From the human T2T-CHM13v2.0 reference genome, Homo sapiens, in the NCBI RefSeq assembly GCF_009914755.1, contig NC_060926.1: a stretch of 64,000 bases of DNA; one strand, 5' to 3'. Positions 31,891 to 45,856 of this stretch are shown here, piece by piece (the stretch's first letter is position 1; each line of letters begins with the position of its first letter). Both the position numbers and the translations under genes were made by a program. The notes beneath the pieces were generated by a model. The model made no database searches. It was not told where the DNA came from and was given only the letters and a program-made list of their open reading frames with translations.

Positions 31891-33775
31891 TGGTTCTCAG
31901 GGGCCGTGTGAGGCCACCTCTGCCATGCTGCAGGCTCCCCAGCACGCAGTGGGGAACCCAACCTTGGAGAGCCGAGCCGGGGAAGAAAAAGCGTCTCCAC
32001 AGCCTTGGCAACACTTGTGATTTTGTTTTCGATGGTAGCCGTTCTAACGGGATTGAGGAGCCATTCGTTACTTCACAGGTGGACAGCAGCAGCTTTGTCG
32101 GGGACAACATTGTGGTTTCTCGTTGTCTAGTCTTTTGTCTGTGTCATGTCCCGCCACCCACCTTTTGGATGTTCCCCGGAGTCACTTAGCTCTTTGACCT
32201 GGTTTAACATCTGGTTTTCTTGTGGATTTTAATGTTGTTTACCAAATCCCAGGGCCTGCCCCGAGGGCCTGGTGACCCTGGGCAGGCCATTTCCCATCCT
32301 GTGCAACTCTGATCTGCAGGATGGGGTGGTGTGGGAGCACCCATGTCCCTGCCTGAGGACTCTCCAGGCCTCCGTGGGGGCGGTAGCAGGGCCTGGCCCA
32401 TGCGGCGCGCTGGTGCTGCTCACCCGCCTTTCTGGCTTTAAGAAGTATGCTTGGAGCTCATCTAACATCTTATTTTCCATTTTCTGTTTCTTAATACTTA
32501 CAGAGGCTTCCGACTTTTTCTCCAGGTCTGTATTTTCCTTGTTCTTCTCTGGTAATTTGGAAGGTAGACAGTCAGTTTTTAGTTCAACCTGTGTTTTATT
32601 TTATGACTTAAAAAAATGAGGATTTCTTGGCTTGTCAACTTCAGAAATGAAGAGTGCCGGTTGACAATGTGTAGAGTTTTACTGAATGGCAGTCGGGGGC
32701 AGGACCAAGGCTGGGGAGGAGGATGGAGGGTACTGTGTGCAGTCAGGGGTCTCCCACCAGGTTCCTAAGGTTGGAGGTGAGGCTGGAGGCTGCCACAGTT
32801 ATCCAAGTGAGGACTCGGAAGGGCCTGGGCATTTCCAGTAAGAGTGAGCAACACGGATGCAAGAGAGGGACAAAGAACTGTGCACAGCACCCCCATCCAG
32901 CACAAAGCAGGCACTTCGTGGGGGTAGAGGCTCTGAGCCCGAGAGAGGGGACAGTGGGCTGGAATGCAGTGCTTTGCTGTCTTTGAGGACCAAAATCAGA
33001 TGACAGGTGGAGGAGAATCTACTTGGTGGAGGCTTTGGTGGGGTAAGCGGCTGTGTGGGTGGGAGAGGAACAACCCGGCCCTGGCCCACGGCCCCGAGGA
33101 CCTTTCCTCTTCTCGCAACCGCCCCTGCACTGGCTGCTCAGAGGTGTCAGTGGATGGCGGGAGTTTCTCAGCCTGGACTTGAGAAGTTGGAATGAGAGGG
33201 TCTTGCCAGAGAAAGGAGAGCACCTTGGGGCTTCAGCCAGCTGACCCCTAGAGAGACAGGACTTTAGACAGAGCAGGGGCAGGGAGAGGAGGAGCTCAGA
33301 CAGCTGAGTGCTTTCACTCTAGAGGATGTCAAGTTTGACCTGGAGGGAAGCAATGGGGAGATATCCCAGCCACACAGGAAACGCCAGGCCATGGTTGACA
33401 CCTCACGCAGGCACTCGCATGCCTGAAACGGACCAGGCCATGCAGGGAGCAGATGCTCACCGGGGACAGAGGCCTCGCAACCCACCAGGGACAGATCGTG
33501 GCAACTGAAGGGGCCCTGTTCAGGAGAGCTAGATGTCAGGGAGGCAGCAGCAGGCGTTCCTATGGGCTGGGGAGCTCTGGGTTCCTCCACCGCCCCCCGA
33601 CCCCAACTCCCTTGGGCCCTGGGCACTTCTACCCTCTGGGACAGTCGTCCCCAACTCTCTTGGTCCTGCCCCTGCCAGTAAAATAATCTGGACACGCTCC
33701 TCCAGGATTTGCTTATAAATTAGACCCCTGTGCCACTGCGCTATGTGTTCTAAAATGTATGCAAAAATAGGCTTC

Positions 33776-34000
33776 TTTAAGCCCAGGAAGTCAAGGCTGC
33801 AGCGAGCCAAGAGAGCGCCAGTGCACTCCAACCTAGGCAGCAGAGTGAGACCCTGTCTCCAAAAAAGGAAGAAAGAAAACCACTAGATACGGTGATGGTT
33901 GTACACCTTAGTGAATTTACTAACAATCATTGAATTGTCTATGTAAAATGGGTGAATTTGTGGTATATAAATTATACTTCAATAAAGGCGTGTTTTAGAA
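33776..34000 (+). mobile_element. Alu right-arm fragment followed by an old L1M 3' tip
   Basis: AAGCCCAGGAAGTCAAGGCTGCAG...GTGAGACCCTGTCTC, then GGTGATGGTTGTACA...AATTATACTTCAATAAA. Confidence 0.75.
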
Positions 34001-34744
34001 GAGAAAAAATATAGGCTTCTTTGAAAGGAGGGATGCTGAGAATAGTTTACTACAGTCACGACCATCTTTCCACCCTCCTGCGATGGTATCGTCCATGCCT
34101 TAAGGATGTTAGGGGTTCTTAGCGGGGGCTTCAGGATTGAGTATGGATCGAGCCTGCGCTTAGATGGACGATGCCAGCCCCTCAGCCAAGGAGGGCCTGG
34201 CACGGGGAGGAGAGGCGGCTCGGCAGCCTATTCTCGGCCTGCCCTGGTGCTGCCGGGGGCACCTCGTGCTCTATCCAGTCCATGCCCCTTTGCCAAAGTC
34301 GTCCACTCAGTGACGGTGATGATGGCCACACATCCACTCTCCCAGGGCCCCTGTGCTCTTGGGCATTAGTGTGGGGTGGCCAGGTGACTGCCCAGGTCGT
34401 GGGACTCACGCGTGCCCAGTGAGAGCCCCCGAAGCCTCTCCTGGGAAGCCTGAGGGAGGCAGACACCCTGAGGAAGCCCATCTGCAGCCGGGGCTCCTGG
34501 CCAAGGGTCTCAGAGCCTCCACAGACATGGGTCACCCACAGCCTTTGGGGCAGGTGTTGGGGTCTCCACAAGAGGTCTCTGACCTCACCATGCCTCCTAC
34601 GTGTTCTGACATGAGCGTGCCAGGGATTGCATCCAGGCTGTACCACTCCTGGGCTGTGTGACTCTAGGCAGGCTACTTAACCTGTCTGAGCCCCTCTGTC
34701 CCTGCCATAATGGTTATTTGCAAGGATTAAATAGGCTAATGGTG

Positions 34745-35159
<415 letters not shown>

Positions 35160-38100
35160 CTAGAACCTGACCTGCACTCTCTGTTTAGCCACCACTCCAG
35201 CTGGGAGGAGGACAGTGATGGGGTCTGAGATTCTCTCTCTACAAACCTAAAATACACAGCTACAGAACTGGCCTTTCCTGCCCCATGTGGCACAGACCAA
35301 ACATGGGCATCAAGTGCATTTGCTGAGTTTGAGACCCATTAGCTCTGTGCCTCTTGTCTCCTTAGAAAGCCCAAACACCTGATGAGCAGTGTCCAGGGGT
35401 CCCCTGTGGGGGGCCCGGCTGCCCCGTCCTTCTGTCCCCACCCTGTCACTTTGCTTGAGGGGCCCTCCACCTTTGGGGTGCCTGCTATGCATGCTCATTT
35501 CAGGGGCGCTGTCCTGCTGTGGAGAAGGAAGCCGTTGCTCTGAACCCCCTCAAGCAACACTGAGTTCCTAACTTACGCACAGCTCGAGGGAAGTTTCCTG
35601 TCTTAACACGCCGAGGGCTGAGTGAGGAGCGCAGCCGTCTACCCAGCAACCTCTGCACGTGGCTTTTGAAAGACATGAGTTATGAATGATTACATTTGCA
35701 GTCACACAGAGGAATGGAACCCATTTGGCCCTGAATGGCTTGTTTTAAAACTTTGGCAATTTTATCCTATTTTAAAACTTTGATGTTACCTCTCTCTGCA
35801 AGGAAAGAAACCACATCAGGCTCGTTTAAGAAAAACCCAAGCATTCTTCGCCTGTACCTAAAAAATGAAACTGGTTTCCAGATTTGCCTGAACAGCTGCC
35901 CCTGGCCTCATCCCAGCTGTGGGACTCTGGGCTCCCATAGGGCGGGAAAGAAAGGGCAGCACTGGTCAGGGAGGGCTCTGTCCCTAAGGAGCAAGGGACA
36001 ATGGGCTGGGTATGGCAGTCCCGCCCCTTGGGAGGCAGAATGGCTCTAAGAGAGGTGGGGGATGCAGCATCCAGGAGGGACCAGCCCAGAGCCAGGCCAG
36101 GGTCAAGGCCACCGGACCAGCCCTGCAGCCAGACCCGGACAGGGGATTGCATGGGTGGTGGAAGCTAGAACTGGCTGGGCTGCAGGAGAGGAAGGCCCAG
36201 TAGGCTGGGGGCAGGCCGCTGCTCTGGACAGCCCAGGGGACAGCAGGAGATTGACCTGAATTTGACAGGGAGGGCCACCCTGTGGCCTGGGGTGAAAGGA
36301 CCGCTGTCATTGTTTCTGGCCCCTGCACCTGCATTCGCTTCACTTGTTGGAGACCCCACCAGAAGGAGCAGCTCGGCCTCCGCACGGGGACTGGCTCTGC
36401 AGGGCGGTTGTGCAGACCCCGCTTCCCAGACCCTCCTGGGGACTTGGGAGCCACCAGGGTCCCTTTACCAGATCCTCCACTGCTCACACCAGCCCCAGTT
36501 GGTTTCTGTTGCATGCAGCCAAGGATCCCAACTGAGGCACAGACATGCCTGTTCATCTTCATTTGTCCTAGAAGCGGCTCTTCCAAAGCAGGAGGGGAGT
36601 CTGCAGTGGTTCATGACCCTGACACCCAATCTTTCCACTCCAGGCAGGATAGCCTGAGGCACGCTTGCTTCACTCCCAGGCAGAATGGCCACTGAGAAAT
36701 CCGGGTATGGCCATCTTATTTGCTGGCTCATTTGACAAATATGAATGTGCAAAGCTGCTGGGTGCCAGCGTGAGTCAGAAAGGAGTAGGAGATGAGAGGG
36801 CAGCCAAGAGGGTTCTGAGAAAAGAAAGAGACCCTCCACCAGCCCTGAGTGAGGCTCTGAGGAAATGGGCTGGGGGACAGGGTAAGGGGGCAGGCTTCCC
36901 ATAGGTAGGATCAGCCGGGGGCCTCTTGGAGGACAGGGCAGCGGAGGAGGGCAGGTGGGACTGGGACCCAGGATTCACCAGAGAAAGGCAGTGGGGGGCG
37001 GGATGCCAGGAGCAGTGAGGGATAAACAGAGGGACGATTCTCCAATTGCAGCTGGACAGGCAGCCTGGAATTCCTTCCCTGAGTTGACAAGTCAGTGTCT
37101 GAGCCCTCCTGAGCTCCTGGGAGCTCCTGGGGCATCACTGTCCACAGTAGGTGGGCTTTCCTAGGGGGCATCTTGATGGGGCAGGTGTCAGAAATAGCCC
37201 CTTCCCCAAGGCTGCCCTGACTGGGTGTGAAAGAAGCCCCCAGGGTGGGGGGTGCCTCCACAGCGGGCCCAGCCAGCCCCAAGGTGCACTCACAGTGCTG
37301 GTATGGACATGGTGGGGACACACCTGTGCTGTCGGGAAGCAGCATGGACTCAGGTGGGTACAGAGCCTCCTGAGGTGTCCCCGGGGTGCCCGGAGGAGGC
37401 TGTTCTGCCCTCAGCCTTCCCAGAGGCAGATGCAGCTCCCTCTGTGGCCACAAACTCCAATGCTGGGCACTCATGCCAGGGGTCGAGGGTGGGTGACCCA
37501 CTGGAGTGAGGTGGGGGGACTCTGTCTCGCTTGCTAGCAGGTCCTGTCCTGAGCTCCTCCGTGGGGCTTTTTCCAACTCCCAGCCTTCCATGCAGGCCCG
37601 ACTGCACCCACATCACTCCCTGGCTTCTTGGGCTAAACATCCCTGATTCAACACACCTGGCTCTTTGGGACCCACTCATGGCCTCAGCCCCGTGCAGGGC
37701 TCAGCCTCTCTGGTCAGCACTCAGCTCTCTCTAGCAGCTGTGGGCTGGGCCAGTGCCCAGGTGTGCAGTGTGTGGGATCCGTTCACCCTGACACACCAGC
37801 CATTGGGCCTGGAGTGGTGCTCTGCAACAGCACCCCCACCCCACCCCTGCATGGCCACCTGCTCGCCCTCCCCCAGGTGCACCTCCAGGGACATCAGGCC
37901 ATTCCCTGTACTTCCTGCCTCCCATCTGGTGCCCAGCCCCACAGCCCCAGAAGCGGCCAAGTGCTCTCTGGTCCATACCACTTCCGGCCATGGGACCTGG
38001 GGCCGAGTTCTGAACCCTGAAGCCTCAGTTCCCCCATCCGTAAATTGCTGATCGCAGTCAGATCCACTTTGAGGCGGCTGTGTGTGAAGAGCTCCAGGGT

Positions 38101-39176
38101 GCCCGGCGCATCGGGGCAGCTCCAGTTCCTCTGCGTTTTACTCAGCAGTCCGAGGGGCCCCTCGAGCTCACACCCACCCCAGGCCACGTGCCGGAGACTG
38201 GTACTCCAGAACCCCTCGCCCAATCTGCCTGCCCAAGGGCAGCCACCTCTCCTTGGGTGGGCTCCCTGGGCCCGAGGCTGCAAGGGGCAACTTGATGTCC
38301 TCACTCATGAGGCCCAGGGGGCCAGGCGGTGGGCTGCAGGGGCTGGGTGCCCCCAGCGTCTCCCAGGGCAGCTCTGGCCTCCCAGTGCCAAGCTCCTTCC
38401 AGGAATTTGAAAGGGCCAGGCCGGTAGGGGTGGGGCTGGGGGTCCCCCCTGGGCAGAGGATGTGGCCTGGGGGGAAAAGGAGGGGGACCTGGGGACAGTG
38501 GGAGGGCCAGGAGCCAAGCCCTAAACAGGGAATGCAAAGCTTCTGCCCCCAGCTGCCCTACGAGGTGGCCAAGAAAGAGAGGCTCAGCCTGAGGAGGAAG
38601 AAGAAGCCTGGTGGGTGGGGGACCAAGGGCCATGCTCTCCCCGCCACCCCCGCCCCCACCCAGCCAGCAGTGAGCTACGGGGGAAATTAGTCAATCCTGA
38701 TTCTGTGCGGGGCATCGCTGGGCAGGTCACTGTTGCTCTGGTGTATGGCTCGAGGCAGGAGGAGGGAGCACAGTTCATGCTTCCGTTTGTCAGCTCGGTT
38801 CATAGCCCGCAGATAGTCAGACAGGAGATGTGCCTGCAGCTCCTGGGCTGGGGGGCACAGCCCAGCCCAGCCCATCCCCAGGTACCCGTGGAACAGGGGC
38901 AGCCAGAGACTGTCTCCGGGCCCCTCTCATGCTGCCCATGCCTGGGGCAGCCCGATGGCATAATTGTGGGATGGAATGTGCCCTGGCCCAAGCTGGCACG
39001 GGCACTGAGGGCCAAGACACCCTTAGCAGGCAGGGAGGGCCTTTGCCAGGTCACAGAACAATTGATGAAGAGCGTCCACTTGGAGCCACAGTCGCCCTCT
39101 CCAGGGGTTGCTTAGAGGCCCCGTTCTCGTGGAGTCCGGGCTGCAGGGGCGCGCGGGCTGGCGGTGATACCCCTAG

Positions 39177-39362
<186 letters not shown>

Positions 39363-41479
39363 TGAGTCCCATGGCCCCTGGTGGGCAGGACACGGTTGGG
39401 GAGGGAGAGGGGGCAAGCGGAGGAGGAGTGGACCACGTGGGAGCTGTGGAAGATCCTTTCTAGACCCCGGAAGGGTTCTTCCCCCAGTGGGGGGGGCCGG
39501 GATGAAGACAGAGGAGGGAGCCAGTAGCAGGTGGACGTGAAGAGTGACGGTGGGAGGAGACCACGTCCTCAATAATCTGGTCTGGGGATGGAGGGTTCAG
39601 ACTGGGCCATGTCCAGCCAGAGATGCCCGCGGCCTCTCCAAGGGCAGGCGCCTGGGGAATGACTGAGAGTAGGGTCTCATGCCCAGGGTGGCCGGGTCTC
39701 TGACTGGAGCCTGGCTTCAGGGACGTCCCTGCTGATTCCCTCTGTCCCTGTGGTCAGGCCAAAGCTGTCCTTCCTGGCCCCACCCTGTCCAGGGCTCAGA
39801 GCTTCTGGTAATGGAGCAGGCTGTCACCACCCACAGCCCCCAGCAGGACGGCTTCAGCCGAACCCTTCCCCGCCTGGCCCGATCCTCCTGCCCAAGGGCC
39901 CTTCTTCCCGCTTGAGGGGCTCCCTCATTGCCTCCCTCAGCCTCCTGGGTGCTGGGCCCCCATCAGCAGGCCGGGGGGTTCTCCCCAGCAGGCCCAGGCT
40001 CCTCTGCCTCCAGAGCGGCGATCAGAACTCGGCATGTCCGCAATCGACTTTCAAGTCCTTGTTTCTGCCTCCGTGGGAGGCGCTGGGGTGTCCTGGGGCT
40101 GCAGTGGGTGAGTAGCGGGGTCAGCAGTGCATGCGTGGAGCTGAAGGCCACCGCCTCCCTGCCATGCAAACTTCGCACAGAGATCTGTCTGTGGGTTCAC
40201 AGCGCAGCGCAAGTCCTGGTGCCCCACCGATGACAAGCGCTTTCCCCAGTGCCTGAGAGAAAGGGAGCCCTGGGGACTGGTGGGGAGGGCCAGGGGCAGG
40301 GAGGAGGGCCTCGGGAGGGTCTTCACGGAGGAAAGGTTGCACCAAGGTCACACACGAAGAGTACCTGTGGCTGTGGTGTCCCCTGAGGGTCCAGACACAC
40401 CCGGGCACAATTCTGTGGGGTTGAAGACCCCTAGTTGGACTCGTCACCCCTCCCCTGTGGGTTGCAGGCTGGCGTGAGCACAGGGAGAAAGCCCACGGCT
40501 GGGAGGCCCTGAGGCTGGGTGGCTCCCACTGCCCCTCTGAGCCTGGGTTTGGGCCTCCCTCTACCCTCAGAGCCCCGCTGGCCACAGCCTGCCCTCTTCA
40601 GTCCTACTGAGATTGGCAGATGAGTGGCCTCTGTTTTCTCCTCCCACCGGCCATGTGCTCTCTGCCCACTTCGTCCACCCCAGGGAACTCCCTCAGGCCC
40701 AGAGTCCGTGCTCAGTGCACTGTTGTTGAGGCGACTCTGTACCTTGGGAGCCCAAACTTTTTAAAAAGTAGGAAAGCATGGGGTATATGCAGGTGTGCAT
40801 GCTGGGATTTAAAACAACAGAAACTCCGTACCCTCTGCTCCAGTTCAGGTGGGAGAGTTGGTGCTCCCGAAGGTGGGAGGGCCAAAGTCACGGCTCCAGC
40901 CTCAAAGGCCCCTGATAAGACACAGTGAACCAGGGAGCCCACCCCAACCCTCTGGGGTCTCCAGGGGCCCTGTGCCCTCAGCAGGGTCTCCTCACTCTAC
41001 TGTACTGAAGGTCTCTCCAAGATTTCAGGGCCTCCTTTTCTAAGCTGAAAAATGAGTTGAGTGGGAAGAGGTTGTTAAAAATCAGAACAGCCTGTTCTTT
41101 AGGCTAATTGGCCTTCTGCCACAGCTGAGTCATTTGTATTTAAATTAAGATTGCATTTTATTATGATCCAGGGAAGACACAATGGGGGGCCCCTGGAGAA
41201 AAGCACTCTCCCCCGCCTGCTTTGTGGAAGTGATGGTTAATTTGTGTAGATTGATTGTGAACGGGAGGCCTGGCAGAAGACAGCAGGGTAATGCACACAG
41301 TGTTCTACAAGCAGCCATGGTGGAGTGTCCTTAGAAATGGAAGCCACCACAGATGGCTTCCTGCAGTGCCAGAGCACAAAGAGGAATAACTAGCGCTGAG
41401 GCCAGAGAGAGTTCGCCATCCTCGGAGCCGAGTGGCCATAGCTGGAACTAGAAGGAGGGGGAGTTGCTGGGAATTTTCG

Positions 41480-41704
41480 TTTTTTTATTATTATTATTAT
41501 TATGATACTTTAAGTTCTAGGGCACATGTGCACAACGTGCAGGTTTGTTACGTATGTATACATGTGCCATATTGGTGTGCTGCACCCATTAACTCGTCAT
41601 TTAATGGGTTCAGCACACCAGTATGGCACATGTATACATACGTAACAAACCTGCACGTTGTGCACATGTGCCCTAGAACTTAAAGTATTAAAAAAAAAAA
41701 AAAA
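41480..41704. mobile_element. Two head-to-head L1PA 3' termini forming an 88-bp inverted repeat
   Basis: Arms 41505-41592 and 41601-41688 are reverse complements with 2 mismatches; outward-facing T/(ATT)n and A tails. Confidence 0.95.
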
Positions 41705-41708
41705 CCTG

Positions 41709-42013
<305 letters not shown>

Positions 42014-42097
42014 TCAAGATAATTTAGGAACCAAGAAGGAAAAGTCCACATCACAACAGCATCTCAGCACGTCAGCCCAGGCCTGCCAGCCCCTGGG

Positions 42098-42910
42098 GTC
42101 TGCGTTTGGCAGAATGATGCCCCCCAGAGATGTCCATGCGTAATTCCTGGAACTGTCGATGTGTCACACGGCAAAGGGGATAAAGTCACAGACAGAATTG
42201 GTGACACTAATCAGGTGGCTTTGAGATGGGAGATGCGGGATCATCCCGGGGCCCGGTGCTATCACAAGGTCCCTTAAGTTGGTCCCAGCTTTGGCTACTG
42301 GAGAGCCTTCACACTGGCTTCTGTGTCCTTTCGACATTGCCCCTGGCTGTTTTTGAGCACTTTCTTTCTTTCTGGTACCACGAGATGTTCCAGGCTTATC
42401 TTATACATTTTGTGCCCCAGCCCTGAAGTCAGCCATTTCTCCAAGGAACACTGGTTCCTTTTGTTAGAGAATGGTATCTAGAAACCAAGATATATGTGCG
42501 TATGTGTGGGTGTACACACATCCCAGGGATTTAGATGGAACCCACGGAACCATAAAGGTGCTAGAAGAAAACATGGGTGAATCCCTATTTAAGCCATGGT
42601 ATCGAGAAAGGCTGGGTAAAACAATATTGTTTCAAAAAATTGGCTTGCCCAATCCCAGGGCCCAGCAGGCCAGCAGGCTGGAAACTCTTGGGAGCCGACG
42701 CAGCATTCTTGAGGCAGAATTTCCGAACGTGCTGGTAAGGCCTTACCATTGGCTGGGTGAGGCCCCACCCCCAGCATCAAGGATTATCCCCTTTACTTAA
42801 AGACAACTGATGATAGATGTTAACCACATCTCCCAAATACCCCCACAGTGACCCCTAGACTAGTGTTTGACTGAGTAACTGGGCACTGTAGCCTGGCCAA
42901 GTTGGCTCAT
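42098..42910. mobile_element. Cluster of MLT1, L1M and MLT2-like fragments
   Basis: MLT1-like 42098-42280; L1MC-like 42280-42490; MLT2-like TAGTGTTTGACTGAGTAACTGGGCACTGTAGCCTGGCCAAGTTG near 42860-42905. Confidence 0.55.
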
Positions 42911-42999
42911 AAAGCTATAATCATCACACTGGTTCCAGGGGCAGAGGTCTCTGCGCAAAGGTGTGTTCAGAAAACTGGCATTGTCCCTCCTCCTCCTGC

Positions 43000-44200
43000 C
43001 CCTGCCCATTTCTCTCATTCCTTTCACCCTGTTCCCACCCAATTCCTGTGGGCAACTTACCTCATCAGTTTCTGGTCTTTCTTTCCTGTATATCTTTTGC
43101 ATAAATGAGCAGATGCCTGCATTTTCTTACATCCCCTTCTTTCTTATATAAAGGGTTGTATACTAGTGACACTCCTTTGTACTTTGGTTTTTCTTCACTT
43201 AACAACATAACCTGGAAATCTCTCCTTGTCAGTGCAGAGGGAGCCTCCTCCTTCATTTTTACAGCTGTATAGTACTCCGCCGTGCAGAGTCTTTCAGCCA
43301 TTTTCCTTTCAGCCAGGGCAGAAGCCAAGCGAGCAGAGGCACTTAGGTTGTGGCCAGTATTTTCCCATTTCAGCATCGACGTGGATGGCCTCACGCATCC
43401 GTGTTTTCCCAGCACTGGAGCTGACTCTTCAGAATAGATACCCAGAAGTGGGGTCGCAGGACCAAAGGTGAGAGCAGGAGGAATGTGTTAGGTTTTGCAA
43501 CGTCCCTCCAGAAGGCTGATGCCAGTTTGCATTCCCACCAGCAGCGTATGGGGTGCCCGTTTCCCCAGACCCACCAACAGACTGTGTTGTCGTCCATTAG
43601 AGTTGTTACTGTCTGATAAGTGAGAAGTGATGTCTCAGCAGCATGTGAGTTTGCATTTCTGTACTTAGGAGTGAATCCGAACATCTTTCGTATGTTTACA
43701 GGCCGTTCTTTTATCTTTTTGGCAAATTGTGTCTTTTCCTATTTTCTATCAGGTCGTTTTTAAAGAGTTCTTTGTATGTTAGATGGGTTAGGCCTTTGTC
43801 TCTCGTGTACATTAGAGATTTTCTCCTAGTTTGTTGGTTGTCTTTCAACTTTGTTTTTTTTTTCTTTTGGTGTTTTTGTTGCCACACAATTTTTTTAATG
43901 TGGTCAAAACCATCCATCTTTGATCGCCTCTGGATTGGAGTCCTAGTGGAAAGCCCCTCCCCACATGAAGGGAAAAGAGGGATTTGCCACGTTTTCCTCT
44001 AGCCTGTGTGGTCCCACTGGTTCCATCGAAATCCTTGGCCCATCGGAGTTTATTCCAGTTTATTCTTGTGTATGGTGTGAACTATGAATCAAATGTTATC
44101 TTTTTCTGGATGCGCTACCCACTTGTCCCATTTATGCAAACGTGCATCTCTGCTCCCCGTGACCTGAGATGCCACCTTTGTCATGCACTAAGCTTCCCTG
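43000..44200 (-). mobile_element. Old L1M (ME/MC-like) fragment
   Basis: TTCACTTAACAA, TTGCATTCCCACCAGCAG and TTTGCATTTCT motifs. Confidence 0.65.
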
Positions 44201-45535
44201 TGCACTTGGCCCGTGCCTTCTTAAATCGTCCCTTTCCCAAACCTTCCTCATCTCACCTGAATCTCATATTGATCTATTCTCCAGAACTATCAATGGGTCC
44301 TCACCGCCTGCTGAATGTTTACCTAATTATCCCTTAACTTAGTCCAAGAAACGCGTTTACTGTAGCTGGCGTTTATTACCGCGTGCTGGGCTTTGTGTCG
44401 AGCACGTAACGTACATTGGCTTTTTGAGGTCAGCAGCAGCCTGGCGGAGGTGGGGCTGTTGTGATTGCTGCTTCACCTGCCCAGGCTCGCACAGCTGGTA
44501 CCCATGGCTCCCTCCTGGTTCCCGGCGGAGGTGGAGGGATGCCCTGCCTCCATATAACTGTGGCCTCCTGAGATGGGGATGCAAGCCTTCAGGTGCTGCC
44601 TCCGTCCTGGCGATGTCCCTACCAACCTGGTGAGGTCCATCGCATTGAGACACCAAGCCTGGCAGTGGGCCAAGGGCAGCCTTCCAAGGGTCTCCAGTAG
44701 CAGCGAGGGCCTGGGGTTCTAGGGTGGGCAAGTTTGTCCAAGTAACTAGTGGAGGAGAAGAGGGCCCTGGAGAGAACACGAAGGCACAAATAGGGTGAGA
44801 GGCGCTAGGCTGCCTGCAGGCAGGCCATCACCAGGTGTGGGCAGGTGGCACTGTGTCTGTTGGATGAGCGGGACCCCAAAGTGAGGCTGACCGGCAGGCA
44901 GCCAGACAGCCAGGCGGCTGGCCTCAGGGAATGCTCCCAGCCCAAGCAGGGTCCCAGCTGGTCTCAAGGACTGTGAGCCAGGCAGGTGACCTGATGGGGG
45001 ACACAGGCTCTGGGAAAGGCCCGTCTCTGAGCCAAGTGCAGTTGAGGCTTGGCAGCTGGGGCAGAAGCCAAGCAAGCAGAACCAGGCAATTATTGGGGTC
45101 TGGTATCCAAAACCAGGCTGGCATGGAGGCCAGGGGATTCTGAAGGCAGGAGCCTCTGGGCCAGAGCTGCCACATGCCTGCTGCCGCCCAAGGTCATAGC
45201 TGTCCCAGGGCCCTGGGCTGGGCCTGCAGGTATCTTGGTATATGGCAGAGGGAAGCTTCCAGACTCTTCTGAAATCAGAGGTCTCATTTAACAACAGCTG
45301 CGTGTCAAAGGGGACTCACCTTCCTATGAGCGACGTAGACAAAGGCGGCCGGCCAGCCTTTTGTGGGATACACACACAGGAGTAAGTGGGGGCTGAGACA
45401 TGCTCGTGCCAGCTCCTAGTGCCGGCCCAGAAGTCTTGCTTCCTCTATCAAAGCAGATGGGAAGGAGGCCCCCCGTGATCCCTGCTTTACTCGGGACGTT
45501 GAATAGAAGTAAAAAGTGAATGGAAGACTCCTCAT

Positions 45536-45856
45536 GGCCTGGTGCAGTGGCTTTCGCCTGTAATCCCAACACTTTGGGAGGCCAAGGCAGAAGAATTACT
45601 TAAGCCCAGGAGTGTGAGAACAGCCTGGACAACAAAGTGAGACTCCATCTCTACAAAAATTTTAAAAATTAGCTGTACATGGTGTTGGACACCTGTAGAC
45701 CCAGGTGCTTGGGAGGCTGAGGCGGGAGGATCACTCAAGCCTGAGAGGTCAAGGCTGCAGTGAGCCATGATGGTACCACTTGCACTCCAGCCTGGGTGAT
45801 AGAACCAGACCCTACCTCAAAAAAAAAAAAAAGAAAAGAAAAGAAAAAAAAAAAAG
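45536..45856 (+). mobile_element. AluJ-type element
   Basis: Alu dimer with GGTCAAGGCTGCAGTGAGCCATGAT and A/(AAAAG)n tail. Confidence 0.92.
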
